Shown: positions 1 through 8,306 of the stretch, piece after piece
Layout of the letters: each line of letters opens with the position of its first letter
How positions within the stretch are numbered: position 1 is the stretch's first letter
From: Gemmatimonas sp.
GTDB taxonomy: Bacteria; Gemmatimonadota; Gemmatimonadetes; Gemmatimonadales; Gemmatimonadaceae
Direction: 5' to 3'
Assembly (NCBI GenBank): GCA_965279375.1
Contig: OZ257156.1
Span: 256,001 to 320,000 of the forward strand
DNA length: 64,000 bases
Position numbers and translations under genes: made by a program
Notes under the pieces: generated by a model
What the model was told of the DNA's origin: nothing
Databases searched by the model: none
The model's input: only the letters and a program-made list of their open reading frames with translations

Positions 1-1739
1 GTGCGGATGTACTGCATGCCGACGGACGTCTTGGAACCGAGCCAGCTGAACGGCTGCCACGTGCCCGTTGCACCGAGATCGGCCGTCTGATTGTTGATGT
101 CGGCCTTGAGGCTCGTGATGTTGCCCTGACGCGTGGTACCGGCGGCCGGTCCTTCACCGACCTTCGACAGGAAGAGCTCACCGCGCGACGTATAGTCCGA
201 TCCGAACACCGCGCGCGTATCGAGCCAGCTGCTCGGCTTGTACTGCGTGGAGATGCTGTTGATGAAGCGGTTGATGCCGAGCGTCGTGGTCTGCGAGAGC
301 ACGTCGCCCATCTGGAAGGCGCGGTAGCCCTTGAGCGAATCGCCGCTGACAGGATCGACCAGATCCTGACGCCACACCGAGCCCAGCGCGTCCACCATCA
401 TGCCGTTCGAGTTGTCTTCGTTCTGCGGAAGGCGCGTGCCGCTATTCACATAGGAAGACGACACCTGAACGAACCAACCCGGCGCGAGCTGCGTGTTCAG
501 GTTCGCGCGGAGGCTGTTACGGGCCAGTGCGTTCGGACGCATCTGGGTGGACGGGAGCGCACTCACGCCACGGAACTTGAGCAGGCGCGTGACTTCGCGG
601 TCCGGCATCTTGTACGTGCCCGTCTCGCCTTCGGTCTGCGCGGAGACGAAGAACTGCGTCTTGTCGTTGCCGCCCGACGCCTGGAAGTTGTACTGCTGAC
701 GCGAGCCTTCACCGATCGGCGTCAGGTCCTTGATGTTGAGCACGTTGCCGTGCGACAGCGAGTCCGGGCGGCAGGCGCCCGACGCAACGGCCGTCAGCAA
801 GCAGATGTTCGATACCGTCGACGTGCCCGTCTTGCCCCAGAGGGAGTAGAGCTCAGGGTACGTGTTCGGATCGGTGATCTTTCCGTTTTCCGCCGTGATG
901 CTGTACTTGGTCGTGCCGGCCTTGCCGCGCTTGGTCGTGATGACGATCACGCCGTTGGCCGCTTCCGTACCATACAGCGTGGCGGCAGACGGGCCCTTGA
1001 TGACTTCGATATTCTCGATCTCGGACGGGTTGATGTCGTCGAGACGCGACGGCCCCGAGCCACCGACACCGATACCGTTGTTGGTCGTGGACGTCGCGCG
1101 CACGCCGTCGATCACGACGATCGGATCGTTGGAGAGCGACAGCGAGTTCTGGCCGCGAATGCGGATGCGCGAGCCGGTACCCGTCGCACCGGTCGAGATC
1201 ACCTGCACGCTCGAAGCGCGCCCGGAGAGCAGGCTGCCCATGTTGGTCACCGGCAGCGTCGCCAGCTTCTCGCCAACGGCGATCTGCGTGGTGGCGTTGG
1301 CCAGTTCGACCTTCTTCTGTTGTCCCGTTACCGTGGTCACGACCGCCGACAGGGAGTACGTCGCCTGCGTCAGCGTGAAGTTCTGCGTGAGCGTCTGCCC
1401 CGCCGTCACCGTCAGCGAGAGCTTGGTCGGCTGATAGCCGAGCCGGTTCACGGACAGTTCGATCGTGCCAGCGTTGATGGTGCGAATGGAGTAGCGCCCG
1501 TCATCGCCCGTGAGCGACGCGAGCTGCGTGCCCGTGACCGAGACGCGCGCGCCGACGACTGGAGCGTTCGTCACGGCGTCAGAGATGCGCCCGGCCACCG
1601 TCACGGTACCTCCCTGCGCACCCGCCGCACTCCATGCACCGCCAACCAGTCCGAGCGCGGCGAGTACACGCCCGCTTCGGCGGCGAGTTGCAGACAGGCT
1701 AGCCCACGCCTGTCGGAAAATTCCTGAACCTGCTCCCAT
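1..1739 (-). CDS. SusC/RagA-family TonB-dependent outer membrane receptor (3' end runs off the window)
   Basis: Not in the ORF track because its stop lies outside the window. Manual translation from ATG 1739 gives MGAGSGIFRQAW..., a signal-like segment, a carboxypeptidase-regulatory-like domain (GRISDAVTNAPVVGARVSVTGT...TGDDGRYSI) and the SusC signature SRLDDINPSEIENIEVIKGPSAATLYGTEAANGVIVITTKRG. Confidence 0.92.
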   Translation of the reverse strand, partial: MGAGSGIFRQAWASLSATRRRSGRVLAALGLVGGAWSAAGAQGGTVTVAGRISDAVTNAPVVGARVSVTGTQLASLTGDDGRYSIRTINAGTIELSVNRLGYQPTKLSLTVTAGQTLTQNFTLTQATYSLSAVVTTVTGQQKKVELANATTQIAVGEKLATLPVTNMGSLLSGRASSVQVISTGATGTGSRIRIRGQNSLSLSNDPIVVIDGVRATSTTNNGIGVGGSGPSRLDDINPSEIENIEVIKGPSAATLYGTEAANGVIVITTKRGKAGTTKYSITAENGKITDPNTYPELYSLWGKTGTSTVSNICLLTAVASGACRPDSLSHGNVLNIKDLTPIGEGSRQQYNFQASGGNDKTQFFVSAQTEGETGTYKMPDREVTRLLKFRGVSALPSTQMRPNALARNSLRANLNTQLAPGWFVQVSSSYVNSGTRLPQNEDNSNGMMVDALGSVWRQDLVDPVSGDSLKGYRAFQMGDVLSQTTTLGINRFINSISTQYKPSSWLDTRAVFGSDYTSRGELFLSKVGEGPAAGTTRQGNITSLKADINNQTADLGATGTWQPFSWLGSKTSVGMQYIR

Positions 1740-2079
1740 ATCCTAAATCCCCCTGAGTGGATCTACGGCCGGCCACACGGGAGTGGACGGCGTCGGCGAC
1801 AACAGCCGAAGCCCGACGCCGACGCGCGCCGAGTGAGTTCGGATGCTGGACTACTTTAGGAGTACACAGCAGCAGTGTGCGACGCGCGCACGTTGCGACT
1901 GGAACGAACAGGGAGAAGCCGGAGGGCGCTGCGTTGAGGATGACGCAAAGACTCAGTCGTGCATCCAGCTGCACCGCGCCGCGCTGGAAGACCGCAACCG
2001 CTGCACCGCATCGCGCTGGGAAGGAGAGCGCTTATGGGCACAAACGGGGGTCCAACGAACCGGGTACAGACTGGGGACG

Positions 2080-2108
2080 ATGCTACGGACGAGCAACGCT
2101 GCTGTCAA
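2080..2108 (-). promoter_or_regulatory. sigma70-type promoter for the SusC/RagA gene
   Basis: Minus strand TTGACA (2108-2103), 17-nt spacer, TAGCAT (2085-2080). Confidence 0.6.
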
Positions 2109-2206
2109 TACGGACGGAACTGTCCCGATATAACATTCCCGAGCGCGAATACGTCACCGACTCCCGCCTCCCTCGCGCACGCCGCACTCCCACGCGATTT
2201 TCACGC

Positions 2207-3202
2207 ATGCATCGCCGACTCGCCACGCTTCTCTACCTCGTCGTCACTTCCACCGCGACGGCCCAGCCCCCGCAGCCGATCATCGGCCTCATCACCAAGA
2301 CCGAAACGAATCCGTTCTTTGTAAAGATGAAGGAGGGCGCACAGGCTGCCGCCGCCGCACGTGGCGCCAAGCTCCTGTCCGGTGCCGGCAAGAACGATGG
2401 TGACAATGCCGGGCAGGTCACCGCGATGGAGAACATGATCGCGGCCGGCGCCAAGGTCATTCTCATCACCGTCAGCGATTCCAAGGCGATCGTGCCCGCG
2501 ATCAAGCGCGCGCGCGCCAAGGGTGTGCTCGTCATCGCGCTCGACAGCCCCACCGATCCGGTCTCCGCCACCGACGCGCTCTTCGCCACCGACAACTACA
2601 AGGCTGGTGAACTCATCGGCCAGTACGCGCGGCGTGCCCTCGGCTCGGCCGCACCGCAAATCGCCACGCTCGATCTGCTCCCCGGCCATCCGGTTGGCGC
2701 GCAGCGCCACAACGGCTTCCTCAAAGGCTTTGGCCTCACCGCGCCCGCCGCCAACGTCAATACGCTGGGCAAGCCCGCCGGCGTCGTCTGCATGGCCGAC
2801 AGCTACGGCGATCAGTCCAAGGGACAGACGGCGATGGAGAACTGCCTGCAGAAGAATCCGGGCATCAACGTCGTCTACACGATCAACGAACCCACCGCCG
2901 CGGGCGCCTTCAAGGCGCTCAAGGCCGCCGGCAAGGAGAAGGGCGTCGTCCTTGTATCTGTAGATGGCGGCTGCCAGGGCGTGCGCGATGTCGGCGCCGG
3001 CAACATCACTGCCACCGCACAACAGTATCCGCTCAAGATGGCCGCACTCGGCGTCGAAGCGGGTGTCGCCTTCATCAAGAACGGCACCAAGCCCACCAAC
3101 TTCATCGACACTGGCGTCGCACTCATTGCCAACAAGGCCGTGACCGGCGTAGACAGCAAGGACGTCAAGACAGGACTCGAGCTCTGCTTCGGCAAGAAGT
3201 AA
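2207..3202 (+). CDS. frcB: Sugar ABC transporter substrate-binding protein (fructose FrcB-like)
   Basis: Signal peptide MHRRLATLLYLVVTSTATAQ, then GLITKTETNPFFVKMKEGA, VIALDSP, FATDNYKAGELIG and SVDGGCQGV, typical of RbsB/FrcB periplasmic binding proteins. The ORF-track start at 1757 is over-extended. Confidence 0.85.
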   Translation: MHRRLATLLYLVVTSTATAQPPQPIIGLITKTETNPFFVKMKEGAQAAAAARGAKLLSGAGKNDGDNAGQVTAMENMIAAGAKVILITVSDSKAIVPAIKRARAKGVLVIALDSPTDPVSATDALFATDNYKAGELIGQYARRALGSAAPQIATLDLLPGHPVGAQRHNGFLKGFGLTAPAANVNTLGKPAGVVCMADSYGDQSKGQTAMENCLQKNPGINVVYTINEPTAAGAFKALKAAGKEKGVVLVSVDGGCQGVRDVGAGNITATAQQYPLKMAALGVEAGVAFIKNGTKPTNFIDTGVALIANKAVTGVDSKDVKTGLELCFGKK

Positions 3203-3231
3203 ATCGCGCCCTCGGCCCGCTCCTCGCGCTG

Positions 3232-4137
3232 TTGGCCGCGTGCGCATTCTTCGCCACGCAGAGCGATCGCTTCCTCACCGGTGAAAACGCCGCGCTCGTC
3301 CTCCAGCAGGTCATGGTGGTCGGCGTCATCGCGATCGGTCAGACGCTCGTTGTCCTGACGGCCGGCGTGGACCTCTCCTGTGGCATGGTCATGGCGCTGG
3401 GTGGCATCGTCATGACCAAGTTCGCCGGTGAACTGGGCGTGCCGGTACCGCTCGCCATCGCCAGTGGCATCGGCGTCACCGCGCTCGTCGGTGCAATCAA
3501 CGGCTTGCTCGTCACCGCCATCAAGCTGCCGCCGTTCATCGTCACCCTCGGCACGCTCAACATCGCCTTCGCGATCACGCAGCTCTATTCGGATTCACAG
3601 ACCGTCAGTGAAATTCCCGAATCGCTGACGGCGCTCGGCCAGACGTTCAACATCGGTGGCACGTCCGTGGTGTACGGCGTTGCGTTGATGCTGCTGTTGT
3701 ATGCCTTCGCTGCATTCTGGCTGCGTGAGACCGCCGCCGGGCGCCACGTGTATGCCGTCGGCAACAACCCGGAAGCCACCCGGCTCACCGGCATCCCCAC
3801 GCATCGCGTGGTGATTGGCGTCTACATCCTCGCCGGCATCTGCTACGGCATCGCGTCACTGCTGGCCGTCGCACGCACCGGAGTCGGCGATCCCAACGCA
3901 GGCCAAACAGAGAATCTCGACGCCATCACCGCCGTCGTTCTGGGCGGCACGTCGCTCTTTGGCGGACGTGGCAACGTACTCGGCACGCTCGTCGGCGCGC
4001 TCATCGTCGGCGTTTTCCGCAACGGACTCACGCTGATGGGCGTGTCCTCCGTCTACCAGATTCTCATCACCGGCGTGCTGGTCATTCTCGCCGTCACCGC
4101 CGATCAGCTCTCGCGCCGCGGCCAGGGGGCTCGATGA
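3232..4137 (+). CDS. frcC: Sugar ABC transporter permease (FrcC/RbsC-like); true start may be near 3199
   Basis: Hydrophobic; GQTLVVLTAGVDLSCG, LPPFIVTLGT, GRHVYAVGNNPEATRLTGI, LDAITAVVLGGTSLFGGRG. Confidence 0.88.
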   Translation: MAACAFFATQSDRFLTGENAALVLQQVMVVGVIAIGQTLVVLTAGVDLSCGMVMALGGIVMTKFAGELGVPVPLAIASGIGVTALVGAINGLLVTAIKLPPFIVTLGTLNIAFAITQLYSDSQTVSEIPESLTALGQTFNIGGTSVVYGVALMLLLYAFAAFWLRETAAGRHVYAVGNNPEATRLTGIPTHRVVIGVYILAGICYGIASLLAVARTGVGDPNAGQTENLDAITAVVLGGTSLFGGRGNVLGTLVGALIVGVFRNGLTLMGVSSVYQILITGVLVILAVTADQLSRRGQGAR

Positions 4138-4955
4138 GTTCCACGATGAGCACCACGACGAGCGCAGCGAACGCTCGAATCGTGATGCAGGCGACGGGAC
4201 TCGTGAAGCGATACGGTCACGTCACCGCGCTCGATGGCGCTGACTTCGAGTTGCGCGACGGTGAAATCCTCGCCGTCATCGGCGACAACGGCGCCGGCAA
4301 GTCGTCGCTCATCAAGGCGCTCTCCGGCGCACTCGTACCCGATTCCGGCGAGATCCGCCTCGACGGCAAGCCGGTGCACTTCACCAGCCCCATCGATGCG
4401 CGCCGCGCCGGCATCGAGACCGTGTATCAGGAGCTGGCCGTCGCGCCCGCGATGACCATCGCCGAGAATCTGTTTCTTGGGCGCGAACTGCGGAGACCCG
4501 GCGTGCTGGGCAGCGTCTTCCGCATGCTCGACAAGTCACGCATGCTGCGTGAGAGCGAGGAGTATCTGCGCGACCTGCGCATCGGTATTCGCTCGATGTC
4601 GCAGGCGGTGGAAACACTCTCCGGGGGACAGCGGCAAGGCGTCGCCGTTGCTCGCAGCGCTGCCTTCGCGCAGCACGTCGTCATCATGGACGAGCCCACC
4701 GCTGCACTGGGTGTCAAGGAAAGCACGCAGGTACTCGAACTGATTCGCCGTGTGCGCGATCGCGGCCTCGCCGTGGTGCTGATCTCGCACAACATGCCGC
4801 ATGTGTTCGAGATCGCCGATCGCGTGCACGTCGCACGGCTGGGCAAGCGCGCCGCCGTGCTCGATCCCAAGGCGGTCAAGATGAACGATGCGGTCGCTCT
4901 CATGACCGGTGCCATCACCGCCGAGCAGCTACTCGGCGCGGAAATCGCCGGTTAG
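4134..4955 (+). CDS. frcA: Sugar ABC transporter ATP-binding protein (FrcA-like)
   Basis: Walker A GDNGAGKS, signature LSGGQRQ, Walker B VVIMDEPT, ISH switch; ATGA overlap with the permease. Confidence 0.9.
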   Translation: MSSTMSTTTSAANARIVMQATGLVKRYGHVTALDGADFELRDGEILAVIGDNGAGKSSLIKALSGALVPDSGEIRLDGKPVHFTSPIDARRAGIETVYQELAVAPAMTIAENLFLGRELRRPGVLGSVFRMLDKSRMLRESEEYLRDLRIGIRSMSQAVETLSGGQRQGVAVARSAAFAQHVVIMDEPTAALGVKESTQVLELIRRVRDRGLAVVLISHNMPHVFEIADRVHVARLGKRAAVLDPKAVKMNDAVALMTGAITAEQLLGAEIAG

Positions 4956-6181
4956 GCCAGTTCGCGTTTGAGCGCTGTCACCAACGCGTCCACGTCTTGC
5001 TCCGTGTTGAAGAGATGCGTGGAGATGCGATGGCCGTTGAGCCACTGCCCGGGCACCACCTTCACCACCACGCGGTGCTTCTCCAGCAGTCGCGTATAGA
5101 GGTCGTGACTCTTCACCGCGTCGGGGAGGATGTACGTCAGCATCGGTGAGGCCTGCTCCCCCTCGCGCGCCGCGACGACACGCACTGCAGGCACCTGTTG
5201 CAGTGCGCGCTCGAGATACGCACGCAGCGCGAGATTGTGCGACTCGATGGCGCCGATGCCGCGCGCGTTGAGGTAGTCGATCGCCGCGCCGAGCCCCAGC
5301 ACGCCGGGAATGTTGCCCACGCCGGACGACGCGCTGTAGGCCGCGCGCCCACTCTGCAGCGAGATCGGATCGATCCTCGTGCCCAACGCTTTGCTGAGAT
5401 AGAGCAGCCCCGTGCCCTTCGGCGCGAGCAGCCACTTGTGGCCACTCGTGGCGTAGACATCGCAGCCGAGCGCTTTCACGTCGACCGCGATACCCCCAAC
5501 GGCCTGCGCACCGTCGACCACGGAGAGGCAGTTGCGCGCGCGTGCCACCGCGCTCAGTTCAGCGACGGGCAGACGCATGCCCGTGGACGACAGCAGATGC
5601 GAGAAGGAGAGCACGCGCGTGCGAGGCGTGATGGCGCGCTCGACGCGCGAAACGATCGCGGCCGCGTCATGCTCCCCCGGTGCGATGGGCACGACATCCA
5701 GCACGACGCCACGCGTGCGTACGAGATAGTCCCAGCAGACGCGTCCACCGGGGTGCTCCTGATCGGTGGTCAGCACGCGATCCCCCGGCGACCAATCGAG
5801 TCCTTGCGCGACCCGATTCATCCCGTCGGTCGTGCAAGTCGTCAGCACCAGTTCGTCGTCGCTGCAACCGATCAGCGCGGCCGCCTTGGTGCGTACCGCC
5901 TCCATCGCCTGCTCATGTACGCCGTAACCATAGAAGACGGGATTGCGTTCGAGCTCCTTCCAGGCTGCGATCGTTCGCTCCAGCACCGGTGCCGGCGTCG
6001 GCCCGAGCGAGCCCGTCTGCAGGTAGGCGAGCCCTGCGTCGAGCAGAAAGTCGGATGCTGCGGCAAGCCCGCGCGTCTCGAATGTCGCCGCGGCGCACTC
6101 GGCGCCCCAGCCAACACGCGGGACGAACGTGGCCGCGGATGCCGCACCCAGCGCGGAGAGAAAATCGCGTCGATTGGTCAT
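4952..6181 (-). CDS. Tat-exported class V PLP-dependent aminotransferase (isopenicillin-N epimerase/cysteine desulfurase-like)
   Basis: Twin-arginine signal MTNRRDFLSALG; YLQTGSLGP, DQEHPGG, VDGAQAVG, SGHKWLLAPKGTG (PLP lysine), RISTHLFNTEQDVD. Confidence 0.85.
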   Translation of the reverse strand: MTNRRDFLSALGAASAATFVPRVGWGAECAAATFETRGLAAASDFLLDAGLAYLQTGSLGPTPAPVLERTIAAWKELERNPVFYGYGVHEQAMEAVRTKAAALIGCSDDELVLTTCTTDGMNRVAQGLDWSPGDRVLTTDQEHPGGRVCWDYLVRTRGVVLDVVPIAPGEHDAAAIVSRVERAITPRTRVLSFSHLLSSTGMRLPVAELSAVARARNCLSVVDGAQAVGGIAVDVKALGCDVYATSGHKWLLAPKGTGLLYLSKALGTRIDPISLQSGRAAYSASSGVGNIPGVLGLGAAIDYLNARGIGAIESHNLALRAYLERALQQVPAVRVVAAREGEQASPMLTYILPDAVKSHDLYTRLLEKHRVVVKVVPGQWLNGHRISTHLFNTEQDVDALVTALKRELA

Positions 6182-6343
6182 GCTGATACGAAAGCGTGAT
6201 TCGCCGTTTGACACTAGCCGCAGAGTTCCGTACCGTCTCGCGCAGACAAGTCAGTCCACCCAATTGCATCGCGAGTTCGTCGTGCTGTCATCAACACGGA
6301 GACGCAGACCGATGCGGTGCAGATGCCTTCAGGAGCGCTCATC

Positions 6344-6850
6344 ATGATGATCCATTCAATTCAGGAGTTCGTGGAGACGTGGGAGTTCGAGTCAGCTGCG
6401 ACGCAGAAGCTGCTCGATTTGCTCACCGACGTGTCGCTTCCGCAGGAGGCGTATCCAGGCGGCCGCACTATCGGACGGCTCGCGTGGCACATCGCGCAGA
6501 CGATCCCCGAAATGATGGGTAAGACGGGGCTGCACGTCGGCGGACTTGGCGAGCACGACCCGGCGCCGGCCAGCGCGGCGAGCATCGCCTCGGCGTACCG
6601 GCATGCGTCAGCGTCGTTGCTGGAGGAGATTCGCGCGCACTGGACCGATGAAACGCTCGCCCACACCGACAACTTGTACGGCGAGGAGTGGTCGCGTGGC
6701 CGCACACTTGGCGTACTCATCGGGCATCAGACGCATCATCGCGGGCAGCTTACCGTGCTCATGCGTCAGGCAGGTATTCGCGTCACCGGCGTGTATGGTC
6801 CGGCCGAGGAAGAGTGGATCGCGTACGGCATGGAGCCACCCGCAGTGTGA
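6344..6850 (+). CDS. DinB/YfiT-family protein
   Basis: AGGAG SD at 6331; RTIGRLAWHI and HQTHHRGQLTVLMRQAG...GVYGP histidine triad pattern. Confidence 0.85.
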   Translation: MMIHSIQEFVETWEFESAATQKLLDLLTDVSLPQEAYPGGRTIGRLAWHIAQTIPEMMGKTGLHVGGLGEHDPAPASAASIASAYRHASASLLEEIRAHWTDETLAHTDNLYGEEWSRGRTLGVLIGHQTHHRGQLTVLMRQAGIRVTGVYGPAEEEWIAYGMEPPAV

Positions 6851-7011
6851 TCGAGCGTGCGGCGTGGTTGTGCGTCGGCTTGCCGGCGCACACTTGTCGC
6901 CGCAACGTATGGCACACGCGGGCACGTCGGTGAGCATGCAGCGGCACCGACGTTGTCCCGCGCCATCTGTGTGTCCATTGCGTTCCTCCGGCACCGCCGG
7001 AAGGAGGATTG

Positions 7012-7953
7012 GTGGCAGCAGCCCGGAAGTCCCCAGCCAAGAAGGCCGCGAAGCGCGCGGCGAAGAAGACAGTGGCGAAGAAGCCGCCAAAGCTCACGCG
7101 ACGTGCCTGCGGAGCCATGCAGGCTCACATGCGGTTGCTCGAATCGAACCCGTCGTTTCGCGGCAACCAGTTCAAGCTCGAAGGCGATATCGCCAAGCTG
7201 CGCACGTCCGCGATCAACCTCGCGACAGTGCCCATCGCCACGATCAATGTGGTCGTCCACGTGGTATGGAACACACCGGAGCAGAACATCTCCGATGCGC
7301 AGATCAAGAGTCAGATCGCGACGCTGAACAAGGATTTTCGCGCGACCAACACCGACAAGTCCAAGACGCCGGCGCCGTGGAAGTCACTCGTGACGGATGC
7401 ACGCGTCAACTTTGTGCTCAAGAGCATCACACGCACGCAGACCAGCAAGACGTCGTTCAGCGACAACGACGGTGTGAAGAAAGCATCCACCGGCGGGAAG
7501 GCCCCCGTGGATACGAGCAAGTTCCTCAACCTGTGGGTCTGCAATCTCGCCGACGGTTTGCTGGGCTACGCACAATTCCCCGGTGGCCCCAAGGCCAGCG
7601 ACGGCGTCGTGATTCTCTATTCGGCGTTCGGTACGGTCGGCGCCGCGTCGGCGCCATTCAACAAGGGGCGCACTGCCACCCACGAGGTTGGGCACTATCT
7701 CAATCTCCGGCACATCTGGGGCGACACGGCAGACTGCAGCGGTACGGACATGGTGCCCGACACGCCCAATGCCGCCGGGCCCAACTTCAACAAGCCAACG
7801 TTCCCCGTGATCACCTGCAACAACGGCCCGAACGGCGACATGTTCATGAACTACATGGACTACGTGGACGATGCCGCGATGTTCATGTTCACCGCGCAGC
7901 AGGTACTCCGCATGCGCGCGACACTCAACGGACCGCGTCGGAAGCTGTGGTGA
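7012..7953 (+). CDS. Zinc metalloprotease, M43 (pappalysin/ulilysin-like), with a Lys/Ala-rich N-terminal tail and no signal peptide
   Basis: AGGAGG SD 7002-7007, GTG start; RRACGAM cysteine-switch-like motif; LLGYAQFPG; metzincin motif THEVGHYLNLRHIWGD; Met-turn MNYMDYVDD. Confidence 0.9.
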   Translation: MAAARKSPAKKAAKRAAKKTVAKKPPKLTRRACGAMQAHMRLLESNPSFRGNQFKLEGDIAKLRTSAINLATVPIATINVVVHVVWNTPEQNISDAQIKSQIATLNKDFRATNTDKSKTPAPWKSLVTDARVNFVLKSITRTQTSKTSFSDNDGVKKASTGGKAPVDTSKFLNLWVCNLADGLLGYAQFPGGPKASDGVVILYSAFGTVGAASAPFNKGRTATHEVGHYLNLRHIWGDTADCSGTDMVPDTPNAAGPNFNKPTFPVITCNNGPNGDMFMNYMDYVDDAAMFMFTAQQVLRMRATLNGPRRKLW

Positions 7954-8279
7954 GTATCGCCCCCGCGACGCTGCGCGAATTGACCGGCACCGCGTGGGTA
8001 CACGCGTTCGAGCAGGACGCGGGTGGAGACGAAGTGTATTGCCGCGCCGGAGAGCCGATTCCTCCGGCGCGGCGTCCGCGCGAACGACTGCAACTGCATC
8101 CGGACGGAACCGCAACAATCGGCAGCGGTGGAGCGGACGATCGGACTGTGCGGGCCAAGGCCACCTGGACCGTCGACGGCGATCACATCGTGGTCCATCG
8201 TGACGCGCCGGCACCAACGCGCAACAGCTATCGCATTACCGTGATCACCGCGACGCAGCTTCGTGTGCGCGTCACGTAG
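7950..8279 (+). CDS. Small hypothetical protein (109 aa) translationally coupled to the M43 protease
   Basis: GTG overlaps the protease TGA (GTGA). MSIAPATLRELTGTAWVHAFEQD...PPARRPRERLQLHPDGT...GGADDR...ATWTVDGD; beta-strand-rich pattern; fills the gap between the two proteases. Confidence 0.75.
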   Translation: MSIAPATLRELTGTAWVHAFEQDAGGDEVYCRAGEPIPPARRPRERLQLHPDGTATIGSGGADDRTVRAKATWTVDGDHIVVHRDAPAPTRNSYRITVITATQLRVRVT

Positions 8280-8306
8280 ACGACTGACCTTCACCGTCAG
8301 ACAGAC

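Noticed and set aside
6546..8279. 577-aa ORF overlapping dinB and the M43 protease
   Set aside because: Arg-rich shadow frame; only the last 109 codons (from GTG 7950) look like a real protein.
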